Of a stretch of 64,000 nucleotides of DNA, positions 9,834 to 23,678 are shown piece by piece. Within the stretch, counting starts at the first letter, position 1. Each line of letters opens with the position of its first letter. Position numbers and translations under genes: made by a program. The stretch lies in the NCBI GenBank assembly GCA_002189035.1, contig NEEC01000024.1:186001-250000 (forward strand). Direction: 5' to 3'. The stretch comes from Utricularia gibba (Eukaryota; Plantae; Magnoliophyta). The notes under the pieces were generated by a model that saw nothing but the letters and a program-made list of their open reading frames with translations, was not told the DNA's origin and did no database searches.

Positions 9834-11766
9834 TCACAGTTTCTTTTGCTGGTGACGAACCCCAGCTATGAAACCTTCTGTATAAGCTGTGTTCTTGAAT
9901 ATTGCCTGCAGGCATAGACCATCAATTAATTACATAAATAATTACACCAAACTCGACTCTTTTACCTACCGCAGTGTTTTTCAACTCTACTTCAAGTTGC
10001 TTCCTTATGCCGTCTGACAAAAACGTCAGGTGTTCTTGATGCTTTTCAGTGTTACCATCTCTAGTCTGCACCAAGCAAACATAAAATACCAGTCTTCCAT
10101 AGAAATGGGAGTACCAAAAATCAAAAAGTGATGCCCTTCAAATACCTCGGAAATAACCATCGATGTCACTTTTTCTATTATCTCTTCTACAAATGTTCCA
10201 GGATTGGCAAAGGATGTTGCCTTCTCTACTGGATTCACCTTTGCAGGCCCCTCCGATATCTTCACAGCTTAAAGGATAAAAACAAAGAGAAAATTTAGGC
10301 AATGAACAAACATTCAAAAAAGAAAACAGCCCAACATAGCATGCCTTCAATCGATGTTGACTTGGTGTTGTTATCATTCTCAAAAGATCCAGATGCTCCT
10401 GCTTTCTCAGGAATCTCAAACATCGTGGTCATATCAGATGGAACAAGAGTAGCCAGATCTGGAGGTTGATCTTTCCCTACAGATGTGTTAGCCTGTGAAC
10501 AGAGAAGTAAACAAATAAAAACGAAAAACTGGAATGATAGTATTTGGCCCCACTTACAAAATATTACCTCAAGGTCAACATATGCAGGGGTTTTTCCAAC
10601 TGAAATGAGAAATTTGTCCAGATCACATGCTTTAAGAGCTGCAAAGCGATATAGTTAAGGGATGAAAAAAATTCAAAAAAGAATACTTGCATCAGGGATA
10701 TTAAAAGATAAAATCTAAACAATAACTTATGGACTCTAGGGCTGATTATTAAATGTTATCACTTACAGATAGACGTATCGTTAGATAAAGGGTGGAAGAA
10801 GCAGCATTCCTGAGTTTTAAATCCTCGATCCAGTAACAGAGATACATGCCTGAAAAAAAAAATAATAATAGCGAGCGTAAGTTTTCAAGGAGTACATTAA
10901 GAAGGAAATTACATACTCACCGAGGCATACCTTGCAGATTCATTGATAAGAGCAAAAGGAGTAACACAACCTAGAGGAACCTACATTACGCAACATGCAT
11001 AAAAGTAAGGCCTTAAAACCCATCTACCCCTATGTGCACACCAGTAAGAAGAAAGCACAGGCAGTTCGTGCCTGAAGAATTTTCGTAATTGCCTCTTCTG
11101 GAGCCATTCTTAAACCTCCCTTTCCAAGCCCAAGCCTTTGGGAAAGAACTGCACAGCGTCGAAAGTGGAGAAGCAGCAGCCGTAACCAAGTTACGAAACA
11201 AAAAACCTTCGAAGTACAAACCTTTAAGATCGACCTTTGTCTCCACTAAAGCGGAGACAATGTAAAACCTTTGCTTCTTATCCTTTCAAAAATATAAAGA
11301 AGCATCTAATCAAAAACTGAACAACAAAGAGGAAACCAGTACGCACTCATCTACATCCCATCGTTACCTTTAAAAACAGATTTTTAGACAACGCACCCTT
11401 CAAATGCCCAATATACCTTGCCTGGTATAAAAGAAAATCACATTTAGCTATTCACCTGTAAGACAAAACACCAAACTAAAGTCTTATACCTGAGCTTCCA
11501 CTGTCACAACAAAAGGATGGTCGTACTTAGAAAAACTTATTTGAAGCTCCTGAAAGAAATAATCTAAAGTATTAACAAGACGAAGGCCATTAGACAAGAC
11601 AAATAACAGAAAATCGATCAGAAACATATGTAACCAAAGCCAACGAAAATGAACAATTCTTGAAGTTTTAGTTCAGCCACTTCATCCTCAAATTTGGCAA
11701 TGAATATAATAAAGCAGACAGATAAACCTCCAAACGTGAAAGAAGATGGCCCTTGGCATGTCCCAT
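9834..11766 (-). CDS. PRORSD1: YbaK/aminoacyl-tRNA synthetase-associated domain protein (ProXp-ala / PRORSD1-like trans-editing deacylase), 12 exons, 310 aa
   Basis: Exons 11728-11766, 11490-11549, 11368-11421, 11222-11282, 11072-11148, 10931-10980, 10767-10849, 10568-10638, 10345-10492, 10146-10267, 9970-10065, 9834-9905 total 933 nt in frame. Motifs LSKNLFLKDKK, LGCVTPFALINESA, FFHPLSND, KNTAYTEGF match the plant ProXp-ala family as I recall it (At1g44835-like). Confidence 0.93.
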
Positions 11767-12029
11767 ATCTTCTGACAGATTAACGCAAGCAGCAGCCGGG
11801 GTCTCTCGGCGGCTTTCCGACGAGAAACGCGGGACTCAATAATATCCTTTTGAGGTAAGAACACGGGGACGGACCTAGCCCATTACCAGGAGTGCAACGG
11901 GCTTTGCCCATTCAAGCGTATTTAGTCATTATGTTTGGACTTGGACCGAATTTTTATATACTTTTTTGAGTTTAAAACACACAATGTATTTGTATGTGGA
12001 TTACAGTTATTTGAGTTTATATTTGTATC

Positions 12030-12584
12030 AAGCGATGAACGTTGGGCCGGGCCGGACTGGCCCGACCCTATTTCAGAAAGCCTCACCAAGTTTCTGATGA
12101 GGCCCGAGCTAAAGCCCGATTACATAAAAATATGATTAATGTAGTCGTACCCTAATTATTCATAGGGCCGGGCTGGCTCTACCCGACCATGAGTTTACCA
12201 TATAATAAATAAAATTTTTAAAAAAATTTAAATATTAATATATATTTAATATTATTTAAATAATTTATATATAAAAATTTAAAATTATTATATAAATTAT
12301 TAATTCATATTATCTATCCGAAAAATAAAATAGTATATATAAAGTGAATTTAAACTATTCAAAATTAAAAATAATTATAATTATTATATATAAAAATTCT
12401 ATTTTTAAATTGGCCCAAGCCCCGTCGGGCTTTAAGGCTGGAAGCCCAATCGGTCCTAAGGTCTTAGGGCTTCGGGTCAGGAAGCTCGACAATCTTTCGG
12501 GTCGTCAATGTATAGGCCTAAGCCTGATGTTTTTAGGGTTGGGCCGAGCCGGCCCATGGGCTTGGGCTTTAACTCTCATCCCTA
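12030..12584. mobile_element. Ac/Ds-type hAT MITE (555 bp)
   Basis: Right TIR CATCCCTA (=TAGGGATG), degenerate left TIR AAGCGATG; 8-bp TSD TTTGTATC/TTTGTATG (7/8); GGGCC/GGCCC subterminal repeats around an AT-rich core. Confidence 0.85.
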
Positions 12585-12999
12585 TTTGTATGTGTTTGAT
12601 ACATAGAAGTGAATGTATCCTATGTTCTTGTAAACAATAAAAAGAATAAAGTTATGGTTACCTGAAAAACAAGGAAATTTGTGTTTCTTTTGTTCATATT
12701 AGAGAATAACACTAAGGATAGTGTTATAGGGTTTGAAAATTTTAAACTATTTTTTCAAAGATTTCATAACATCAAGTGGCGATTTGTGGAGATGTGACAA
12801 ATATTGGTAATCCAAAAAATGGAAAAATCTAAGGTATTCATACACCACAGAAAAAAATTCCACTAAGACTTTAAAAAGAAATGAACAAGGATTTTTCCCG
12901 AAAACTACAAGGACTTTGGAGATGTTGCTCCCTTCATTTGTTGATCCTCCATCCCAAAAAACTAATTCTTGTCCCTTTCTTCCTTATGATATATACCTA

Positions 13000-15900
13000 T
13001 ACAAAATTGGGTGACAAAAGGTGACTTCCCATTTTTTACCATACTTCTAAATCCATATCTCTATAAAAAAGGATACATTCTCTCATTTTAGAAAAGTTGT
13101 TATGGGGAAGCAAAACATCCTTTTCAACTCAAGGAGATGGCACCCTAACTATTAGTTTGGTTCAAATCCAATGGAAAAGGCAAAACCTAAATACAAGGTG
13201 GCAAAAGCCCAAGGTACCTTACTATGCATGACAAACTTATTAAGGTCATGCATCAGTTTTCCATGGAAGACCAAAGGGGTATACCTTCTAGTGTCTACAT
13301 CTCATCCACCCCAATAATGTTCATATTCATGCTTCAATGCCACCTATCGGGAGTTCGCAACTTTTCCATAGATCTAGAAATATATTGTCATTGCGAGAGA
13401 AATGGAGAGAAAGGTATTTTAAAAATGAGAAGATGCATCTTCTAACCAAACTTTATGTACGTATAAATACTATAAAAAGGAAGAAAACAAGGACCACCTT
13501 TTCATAAAGTTTGGTTTTTGTAAACTTTTTTGTAAACCCGCATAGAAAGCAAAGAAATCTTCTGAAGTTCTTGTAACTTTCTGGTCTTTTTTTCTTCAAG
13601 ATCATAGTGAAAATCTTTCTCCTTGTGTGTAAGCAACCTCAATTTTTAGTATTCTTGGGTTATCAATGTTGAACTTCTTCTTCGTTTTCCACCAAATGCT
13701 TCAAAGTTAGTAGATGTTACACAAATGAAAGCAAAAATAGTGTAACATCCATAAACTCCATAATATTTGGCACCATCTTTCGAATGAGATTAGCCTCACA
13801 CTTTGTTCTCTTCATTGAGCAACAACATGCGAACTCAAGCTTTTGTAAGTTTTGTTTTACTAAAGCCACAAACAATGGACCATCCAATTACAGGATCTCA
13901 TCAAGGATACTTGGGTAGAACTCTCATCTTCATGTAGGGTAAAGTGGGGAACAACCACCATAGGGTCATTTGAAGGACTACACTCTTTTTACTCACACTT
14001 TTGAGGTGGCTACAACCAATTCTTATTTTGAAGCACATGCAGTCGTTTTCTTCCAGAAAATGAAGGCCATCATGGAAGCATTCTCATGGAATTCATAGAG
14101 CAATATCTAAAATTAGACACAACCTACTTGGGATTAGCGTAAGCCAAGAAGGAGCCAAAGAAGAAGTTGGCACTTGTGAGAGAGGCACAAACGTGAGGTA
14201 ACCTCGCACCCATAGAGCCAAAGGAGAGCTTAGATCATATTTACCTACCCATAAGATGAATGGATAAGCTTGGAGGCTAACTCCCAAGGATAGACCCCCA
14301 TACATTCACTAGTGCTCATGCTACAAATTTATGAGTACCTAGAGGACCATGACGCTGAGATGGCTAGAGAGTTGGTGGTTGAACTGGAAGTCATCAAAAG
14401 GCACAACCAATGCACTATAGTGGATGACAAGGAGGCCCCGAAGAACTACTCAGCATATTAAGATGCCGCTCATTGGATTTACCTCCAAAAGGTATATCTT
14501 GTGAAAAAAAAATTATGGAGGCCTACCAAGTTGATGAGAGGGAGAGGAGCTCCTCATTATGGAGGCCTACCAAGTTGGGCTATTGGATGCCCAATGGGCT
14601 CCCCAAATTCAATGGTGAAGGAGATCCTTGTCAGCATTTCAATTTGTTTGATATTAGACGATCCCTCTTATGTACCACTGATTGTTTGATATTGATACTA
14701 TTGCACACAAGGAGAGAGAGTGAATGGCTCCTATTAAGATCAAACCAATGAATACCTCTGAGAAAGTAAAGGTGTTCATGGGATAGAAGGCTTTTTGGGC
14801 TCTAAAAAGGACACCGCTGAGAAGGAGAGAGAGTGAATGGCACCTTTGGTGAATAGGGGAAGAAATGACCGCCAACAATCCCTGAGACCTCTAAAAATAG
14901 GGCCCCATACAAGGTTCACCCTAAGAAGTGACTTGAGGGAGAAGGGCCAATTAGGTGAATCAAAGTATAAGGAATGGCCAAGGTAGATAAGTCATCATGA
15001 GTTACCTTGCTAGAAGCTATGTATGAACCGACCTATCATGGGGAGATCAACTAGGTAGAGTGGGAGAAAGAGGTATGAAACTTCTATGGCTCTTAGGTTT
15101 ATATATTCCCATATTCCTAGTGCAAGGTTATTTGACTTTATTGTTTTGGATGTGAACCCTACATATTGTGATACTATTATTTGGCGTTGTGACCCCTTAG
15201 GCTCTACACAACAACCCTCACCCTTGTGAATTTTATTTTTGTTAGCCACACTTCCATGACACTACACATAGTAACCCTCTTGAGCAACAGGCCTTAACCT
15301 AGCAATCCCTGCTCATATGTGCTCGAATTAGCAACCCTAATTGAAACTAGGTCTTGCTAGATAGGACGCCCTTAAATGTAGAGTGACAAAGGAGGCCATG
15401 GCTGGGTATCTTTTCATTTGTTAGTGAACAAGGGGTTAAAACCAAATAACACTCAAGTGTCTTTGACAATGGGGATACACCTTAAAGACACAACACCTTG
15501 AAATGTACAATCAAAGATTTGGGATGTGTTCACACTAAGTTTTCAATGTAGTAAGGCAAGTGAAATTAGCACTTCCATAAATATCATACTTATGAATTTG
15601 TGTGCAGGGGTCTTTGGGTCCGATAAAGTACCCACATGACTTGAGAACATGCAATTATGTCACACAAGGTTGACCTTACTGGCCATTTATTAAAATCGTA
15701 ACTTAGTGCACTCAAGTCTACCCGTAGAACATAAATGTAGGCGCTACCCTTGCTGGGTGGAAACTATAGCAATCCTATGGAAATTGCTTCAATTTGATGA
15801 GTTGCTCCCATCAATGTGATGGAGAAAGGAGGAGACAATGATTTTGAGTTTCTACGAGATGCAAATTAGAGGTGGCTCTCACTCATATTGGCCACTGGAT

Positions 15901-16250
15901 GACAACCAACTACTCTCCTTAGAAAACACTAGCTGATGTGCCGAACTCCTTCGAACCTGAGGACTCTATGGGCTTGTTATAGCTGAATTATGATACTCTG
16001 TGTTCGTCATTAGCTATGCAAGAATGACTATGATGAATCGAATCTACATCGAGTGAAGAAGTTCCTAAATCCTTATCAAAGATGAATTTGTACAACATCT
16101 CAGTATTAGGGAGTAACTTATAGAGTAACTAGTGTATAAAGTGGATGGATCAAATTGGAGGTATAGTACCTAAGCCCCAAGAAGTAAAGGTAGGAGAGTG
16201 TTCCATCACTCTAAACATAAGAATGAGGGTGACATAATGACTGAGTTGAT
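13000..16250. mobile_element. Highly degraded Ty3/gypsy (Tat-like) gag/PR/RH/IN relics
   Basis: GLPKFNGEGDPCQHF (about 14600 +), DFIVLDVNP (about 15135 +), PWAFA integrase-like (about 13205 -); many stops. Confidence 0.55.
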
Positions 16251-18529
16251 CCTATAGAATTTCACTTATCTCACTTTCTATTTAAAACTAAAAGAAGAAG
16301 AAGCAATAGGACAAATGAGTTTCAAGATACTAAGTTAGTGTGTTTTAACCTAGAACGCACCTCTTAAGATGAAACTAAGTCGACACATCTAAATGAAGAA
16401 ATGACTTTCACATGACACTTTGTCGATTCATGCTTCAAAACTCAGAATTTTGTTATTCATGCTTCTACCCTAGATACTCATGAACTATTATGCTTCTATT
16501 AGTTTGAGCTTGGGCTTTGAACAAGTTTAGTATCATTGTAGTGTAATCTGATCACATGCAATTTCTTGATTACTTTTATGTTATGAAATTAATATGTTTA
16601 ATAGTCAAATTAAGTGTTTTATGTGATATTTAGGCAATTTTTGTTTATCTTATGTGTAAGAATCTCACATCCATGTAAAAAAAAAAAAAGAACTAAAGAA
16701 ATAAGCATATCAATGGTAAAAGAGGAGAGTAGGGAGAGTGATGGGAAGGGAGAGTGAGGCTGGCTGTTAAAATCTCTATTTGGTAGAAAAGGTTCATGTT
16801 GCTATCGATGTGAGGGGAGAAGTGTTGGAAGAAGATGAAAAAAGTCAATCTCAAGAGCAAGAAGTGGGGGACGAACAACCAAGAATGAAAGATGAGGAAC
16901 AAATGTTTAGGCGATAGAAGGAATGCAGTGGATAAGTTGCTCACTTTTGATGCTGAAAAAGTAGTGTTTAACGAGTTCTAAAGCCGATGCACTCCTGTGA
17001 CCTATTTGATGCATTGCATAAAATTTATATGGCATTTCAAGGGTAAAAGTTAGTAATCAAGTCGGGGAAACGACATGAACTACAAAAATCAGTAAGCTCG
17101 GAGGTAGGGTGAGTGTTAGAGGGAGTTTCATGGAAACATGCTTGCGTCATTAGCAAGGACTCTCTAAGACTTGAGATTACGAATAAGTAGAAATAGGTGG
17201 GATAATTGCTTATGAAGATCCAAATTTCATTCTTTTATGTCCATGCACTGCATGTGTATTTTATATAATTTTTCTTTTTAATGGTTGGTATTTTCAGTGA
17301 TTGGTATTCATCATTTTTGCAATCTTACATGTCTAGGTTCCAAAGCAAAAAGAATGGTTTTGTTTGGGGGTTGGGGTAGGAGATATAATTTCTGCAAAGA
17401 TGTAGTTACTGTAGTGTGGTTCCTCAACATTCCTATTTCATAGTTCATAAAGAAAAAAATTTGTATCTTTTTATTGAATGATCCTTTTTGAATTGTTTTT
17501 GTTTTAAATTAAAGCCCTTCTTCTTAGCTTAAAAACAATATCAATCAAGGGCATATAATACATATAAAATTTTATGGGATACGATTTAATAGTTTGTGCA
17601 TTTGCTATCTACGTGTTGTATTCGTGATACTTTGTACTAATACTTAAGGGGACTTGTGGATGCACACTCTTATAGGCAAGGGATGCTTGAGGCAACTCAA
17701 ATTGAGGAATGAAGACTTCTAATGAAGGAGAGCACATGATTGAAATCATGTCAAAAGAACCAAGCTTATGCTAAATGGCATTTGGAAATGAGTGGCATCT
17801 ATTTCACAAATTCATTGAAGCAGAAGCAACTCTCACTTCTTCTACCTAATGTCTGACGCAGTCAACCAAGTTTCATTGGATAGAAGAAGGCATGAACATT
17901 GTGCAATGATAGGAAGATAGACTATGGAGTTACCCTATGTTCCTTAGCATGTTTCTTTTTTCAAACTCTCAATTCTTCTTTCCATTTTTAAACTATATTT
18001 CATGCCTTCTTGTTTTAAGACATCATGGCCATGACGGCCTATTACATTTCAAAGGCCAGCAATCAAGGGGATGATGTATAGAAAAGATTCATGGTTGTTG
18101 ATGAAGCTTATTAAGTAGGCTTATTTCAATGTTTGTAACATCATAGTCGTTGGTTGGTTTGTAAGATAGAGTGATTTTGAAAGCCATCTAACCCTAGATA
18201 AAGATGATGTGGGTTGCACTCACTAGGTACCCATTGCTAGAGCTATACAAAATGTGTTTATGAGCTACTCGGTCATCGTAGTGATTTCTTCCTTCATGGT
18301 CCGTAATGCTGGTCCAAAGTTAATGGGAGATAAGACTTGGAAGAAAGGTTCATTCGACCTCTTGGTCCAAAGTATATAGAACTTCTCGGTAAGATCTTAG
18401 ACTTGAACAAAACCTCGGTGGAGCTGGCTGCATAAAAAGGAAAAAACGAGCAGAATAGGAAACAAGAAAAAGAAAGGAAAATGAAAAAGAGAAGGAAAAG
18501 AAAAGAAAACATAAAAAAGGAAAACGATT

Positions 18530-19106
18530 TGATGCGAGTCGTTCCGCAAAAATGTTAACTCGTAAAACACAAAATGTGTAGTACGGGTGTGGAACACAGA
18601 GAGTTGTTTTTCGAAGGAATCATGAAGTTACACCAAATACAACTATCACGATTTGTAAATGGGTTTATAAAGTTAAAGGTGGTAGAAACATAAATGATGA
18701 AGCTTGAATAAGTAAATTATAAACACACAATAGAAAAGAACTTAAGTAATACCTTAAATAAAGAGATGTCCCTGGGATAAGAATTCTGCCCAGATATGTT
18801 CGTCAGATCTCCACTCTTCTCTGCTCTTCTTGTGTATTTAGTTATTCGAGTTAGGAATTATCTATCCTCCCTTATACTCTTATGTAAGGAGGCATGGGAA
18901 TAATCTTACACTTCCTATCATGTTTTCACCTCTAACAAAACTCCACCAAAACTAGAATAAAATAGTAGATAAAACACATGAATTGAGATAACTACCCTAA
19001 TCTATATAAAACCTAAAACTTATATCATAACCCATAATTTGAAAATTCTAATTACATTTAGACATAGAAAATGAGCTAAAAGATGATAACAAAATGACAC
19101 TTAACA
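18530..19106 (-). repeat. Internally deleted Athila-like LTR (TGTTAAGTGTCATTTT...GCATCA family)
   Basis: Both termini match the LTR at 56145-57482; no TSD. Confidence 0.7.
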
Positions 19107-21588
19107 ACCATGATTCCATTCTTTGACATGTTGACTTTATGTATGTAGGCTATTTTGAGTACTCACCTTTAGAATAGATTTTGCTTCTCATCCCTCTTGG
19201 TGTTTGGGGTTTAAATATGAGGATACGATAGTAAGGCGCCATTGTCTTCTTCATGATAAGAAGGCATGGCATCATGACACTTGATAACACTATGGGGAAT
19301 TATATTCGGATAATGGCATTATTTTTTCCTTAATTGATAATTTAGGTTACCTTATGTTTTTAATATTAAGTTTAAAAATAGAATATTAAAACAAATGAAG
19401 TCTAATTTTTATGCCAAAAATCAGTAGTAGTTAAAATGAGGCACAACAGGAAAATTGGTGGACAACATTAATGAGACATATTACTCTTAGGATAAAATCC
19501 CTACAACCAAAAACATGAAGAAGATATGATAGACATAAAGACCCATACATATGAAGAAAAGAGGAAAGGAGTAGAGATAGTTTTGCATAATGCCTAAAGG
19601 CATCTTTATGAACAAAAGAGATGATTTTCTGGAAGAATACATACAATATAGAGATATTAGATGCATCACACACAAATAGGAGAATAGAAGGATGAAGAAG
19701 GAGTATTTTATTTCAATTAAAGAATCCAAATCCTTATTCCAAACATACACTACCCTTAAATAGGAATAATGTAGCTAAAAACACACTTTGCTGATAATTT
19801 CTTCATTTGAACGTTTTACTTCAGCTTTTCATTTTACTATTGTGAGAGACTAGGAACAAGCTTTTACCTTTCTTTCATGAAGTTATCTTGTTAAGCTTAA
19901 GCATGCATGGCTAAAGTGTTCGTGGAAGCTTAGGGGGTAGAAGGGGTATGTGTTGAGTTAGTGTAGAGATCGAAACTTGAACACTTAAGTAGGAAGTAGA
20001 TCAAATGGTTGGAATGTGGCTACATATTTAGATTCTCATGGGTGAAGTTCAATAGTACCAGGTTGAGTGAGTCTTTCTTACATTACAAAATGGTAGACCA
20101 AAGTGCAATGTGTTCAAGAAAACATGAGAAGATTAAAATCAAAAATCATATAGACTTGTCCAGGTAGTTCTAGACTGTCTAAGGTTAGGAAAATATCATC
20201 GTATTTTGATATCAAAAGCTTAGCAAACACACCCCCTAAAGCCCTTGAGACATTAAGATTTTTCGTTTAGAAAATTCAGATATAAGACCTTGTTGTATTT
20301 TTACTTTTATCTTCATATCTTTTCTATTGCATTTCTATGATTCTTTTTTTCAAATATTATTCCTTGTAAAAATCCAAATGCATGAATGCTCACACCATAA
20401 GTACCAACTCCGTGTATTCAACCACGAATGTCATTATACATGTCATTCAGACTTTCACATCGTGCGTATTATGGATTACAAATTTATTTGATATATGCAT
20501 TTTCTAATTTGCACAACAACATTGAAATTTTTGTTTATCAAGTCATGAGGAAACTCATAAAAGCTGAAGTAATACAAGACATTCAAGTAGAACAACTTGG
20601 ACAACAATTACCTGATACTAGAGATTTGGTGTTTGAAAACTTATGGCTCTACATTATTGGTAGTCGGAAGAGGAATTTTATTGGAGTGCTGATGTTGAGT
20701 CATATTTAAACATATTTAGTGTTAGAGTATTAGGATTATGTGAATTGGAATAGGAAAAAAAGTCAAAACATGCATTGGTAATTGCTTTTGGTAAAAACAT
20801 GATTTGAGTCATTTTTCCCTTAGTCCAAGTGAAGGGTGGTCTTATTGTTCTTCCAAGACCATGTACGTCGGGCCCATTTGGGTTGAGCCACATTATTTGA
20901 CCAATTTGCAAAACAAAAATTACATGTTTGAATGCGGAGGAAGGATAAGGAAGGTTGGCAAAAAAAAAAAGGCAAGAAGATTGCAATAGATTCAACTAAC
21001 TGCGGCTGGTGTGGGAGACTAGTGTGAATAAAGAAAGGAAAAGATGCTGCCTATATAATTCCTTTCTCCCCATAATATTTGAGGACACATACCTATAGGG
21101 GGACAGATCATCCAAACACTTGTCTCTACTTTGGAGACTTTTTTTGGCCTGAGAAGGAGAAGATAGAGAGAAAACAGAACTAGATAATCGAACAATCATT
21201 TTATTTGTCTTGCAAATATTATTTCTTGCATCATATTTCTTGAACATGCACACTATTTCTATTTCATCTTTTTAATTTCCAACATGTTCAAATGCTTTCA
21301 TCATCTAATTCATGTACTCTGTTATCTGCTTAGAGTTTAGGAACCAGTAGAAGTCGTTTATTGATTTATGTAAGAGTTGAAACCCACTCTAGAAAACCCT
21401 CCTTTAATCCAGCTTACGCATAGGATCAACAACTAAAAATTGTGTACTCTCTGTGGATCGACCTACACTTACTATTGCTACATTCATTTCTTTGTGAATG
21501 AAATGTGGTTTTTTTGTTCAGCATACATTTTTTTTTAATGGAGAAAATCCATAGATTTGCTACATCTATAGAATTTTCCGTCTGTCAA

Positions 21589-21607
21589 AATAGCACCGTT
21601 GTTGGGG
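21589..21607 (+). other. Degenerate tRNA-Asp-type PBS of Athila-like element
   Basis: AATAGCACCGTTGTTGGGGA directly after LTR end TGTCA; resembles TGGCGCCGTTGCCGGGGA. Confidence 0.65.
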
Positions 21608-21744
21608 AGCTAGGTTCTTTTTGATACGTAGATTGAGGGAACTGCAAGTGAAAATAGAGCAGTGAAAACTACGCAGGAATATGATTGCCTTGATTATTCC
21701 TAGTGTGGTATCTGCATAAATTTTCGAAAGGAACCTAGTACATT

Positions 21745-23243
21745 TGTCGGTGTATGTGTTCTAGAGATAATTAGTTCATTGACAAATCTTATCTTTTGAT
21801 ATTTATTTTAAATTGTGATCAAACTTATATCACTCATAAAATCCTCTACTTGATCTATATACTATAGAAATTATGATAAGATCATAATGTGAGATTCTTC
21901 AAGCATTTATGTTCAAGTTAAAAACTCCCTGCCTAGAGTATTTGTGAAATGCAGATATCATAAATACGCATAGACTAGCACACATTGAGTTCTCTAAATT
22001 TTTTAGGCATTGGTTCACACAATTGACGTAATGAGATTACTAGAACCTATGTGTAGGTGTCGATTAGAGAATCGATTCACTGGATGACTCGACTTTGAGA
22101 TGCTACTATGGAAAGCTAACCAAGTGTCAGTAGTAAGATCTCGAATATGATAGCCGTGCAAGTAAACTTAGACTTGAGGTCAACAAAGTTATCTTGATCT
22201 TCAGCTCACATTTTCGCTCATTACTAATGGGAGCCTAACCATAGCTTGCCTAGTATGGATGAGTACGGATGTGACTCCTTAAGGTTGGAGATAGTTGATT
22301 GATCAATAAAGGATTTATCACTCATGTTAGCAATGAGATCATATCTCAAGTAATTGCATCAAATCCTAACAGTAAGTCCTGGGCCCAGGGAAATGACACT
22401 CGAATTGTTTGAGTAGGTTATTGAGTGTTAGTGTTTGAATACAATTCTAAGTTCGATACATCAGAAAGACACACACCCATGTTCTGGTATCGAATGAGAT
22501 ATAAGCATGATGAAAGCTGTTCATTGCATGGTGGCTGGTCATGGAAAGGCTCAATCAGTTCACTTGATGATTCTTATATTTTGAGGATCATGATATGTTG
22601 CTAGACATCACTCATGATCGATAATGATGGATTTGATTAATTAAGAGTTAATTAATAAATCCAATATTACGGACTTGATGGAGGAAGCCTATAGGGTCAC
22701 ACACAATAGTGGAGTCACTCATCAATATAAAATAGAATAACACAATTATAAAGATGTAATTGGTAAAGTGGACAAATTAAATTGAGAGTTATTTTGAGAT
22801 TAATATTAATTAAACTCAAAACAAAAGATATTATATAAATAAGATTTGGAACATATACATATTTCCACAAGATAAGATCTTTACGGAAATTTGACTAGAT
22901 ATGTTACCAAATATCTATTAGAAAGCTTCAGATCTGTAATGACCTACTCAGATCTTCGTTGTCCCTGAGATTTATCTACAAGGGGACAATTTTCTATACT
23001 AGCGCGCACTTGAGGTAATCGACTAGCATTCTATGGCCTTGAGAAGGTTAGAGTGCTTCACGTGTCGATACCATAAAGGCCCTCTACTATTAGCGGTTGG
23101 TGAACAATGGAGTGTACAAAAAGGTATTTTCAATATCTCATTATCTGATTTATATCGTATTTCAAGATTTATGTTTGGGGTTTCTTGAAGAATTTTTAAT
23201 TCCACTACATTGAGGACATATGATGTCTACAAGAAACCTAATA
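21745..23243 (+). repeat. Solo LTR of Angela-type copia family (about 1.5 kb), no matching TSD
   Basis: Reverse-complement homolog of 38990-40432 and 53910-55354; starts TGTCGGTGTATGTGTTCTAGAG, ends AAGAAACCTAATA. Confidence 0.85.
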
Positions 23244-23678
23244 ATTCTTACGATGGGATCAACATAAATTTTCTAGAGGAAGCTGCTGCATTTGTTCTCA
23301 GACCAGGGATAATCAATCTTTTTCCGAAATTTTATGGAACTAGGAAAGAGGATGCACATCAACACTCAGACTTGGACGGATGCATTTCAATACCTTAGAA
23401 TTAGGAAGCACAGGGAACTGGACCAATATGAAAACGGCCTTTTAAAACAAGTATTTTCCATTCATAAAGGCTGAAGTATTGAGGAGAAGAATTGCAAATA
23501 TTCATCAATTTAGGGGAGACTCACACAATGAATAATGGGACAAATTCGGAAAATTTCTTCCAAGTTGTCTGCATCACATATATGAAAAGCATACCTTGGT
23601 TAAATTATTTCTGGAAAGACTATTGCCACCAAAGCGAACTCAGTTAGATGCTGCTATGAGAGGAATCATGAGGACACA

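Noticed and set aside
16693-20709. Hydrophobic or low-complexity ORFs (16693, 18294, 18397, 19431, 19487, 20428) as env-like or membrane genes
   Set aside because: They come from purine-rich TE non-coding DNA; no conserved motif or splice structure.
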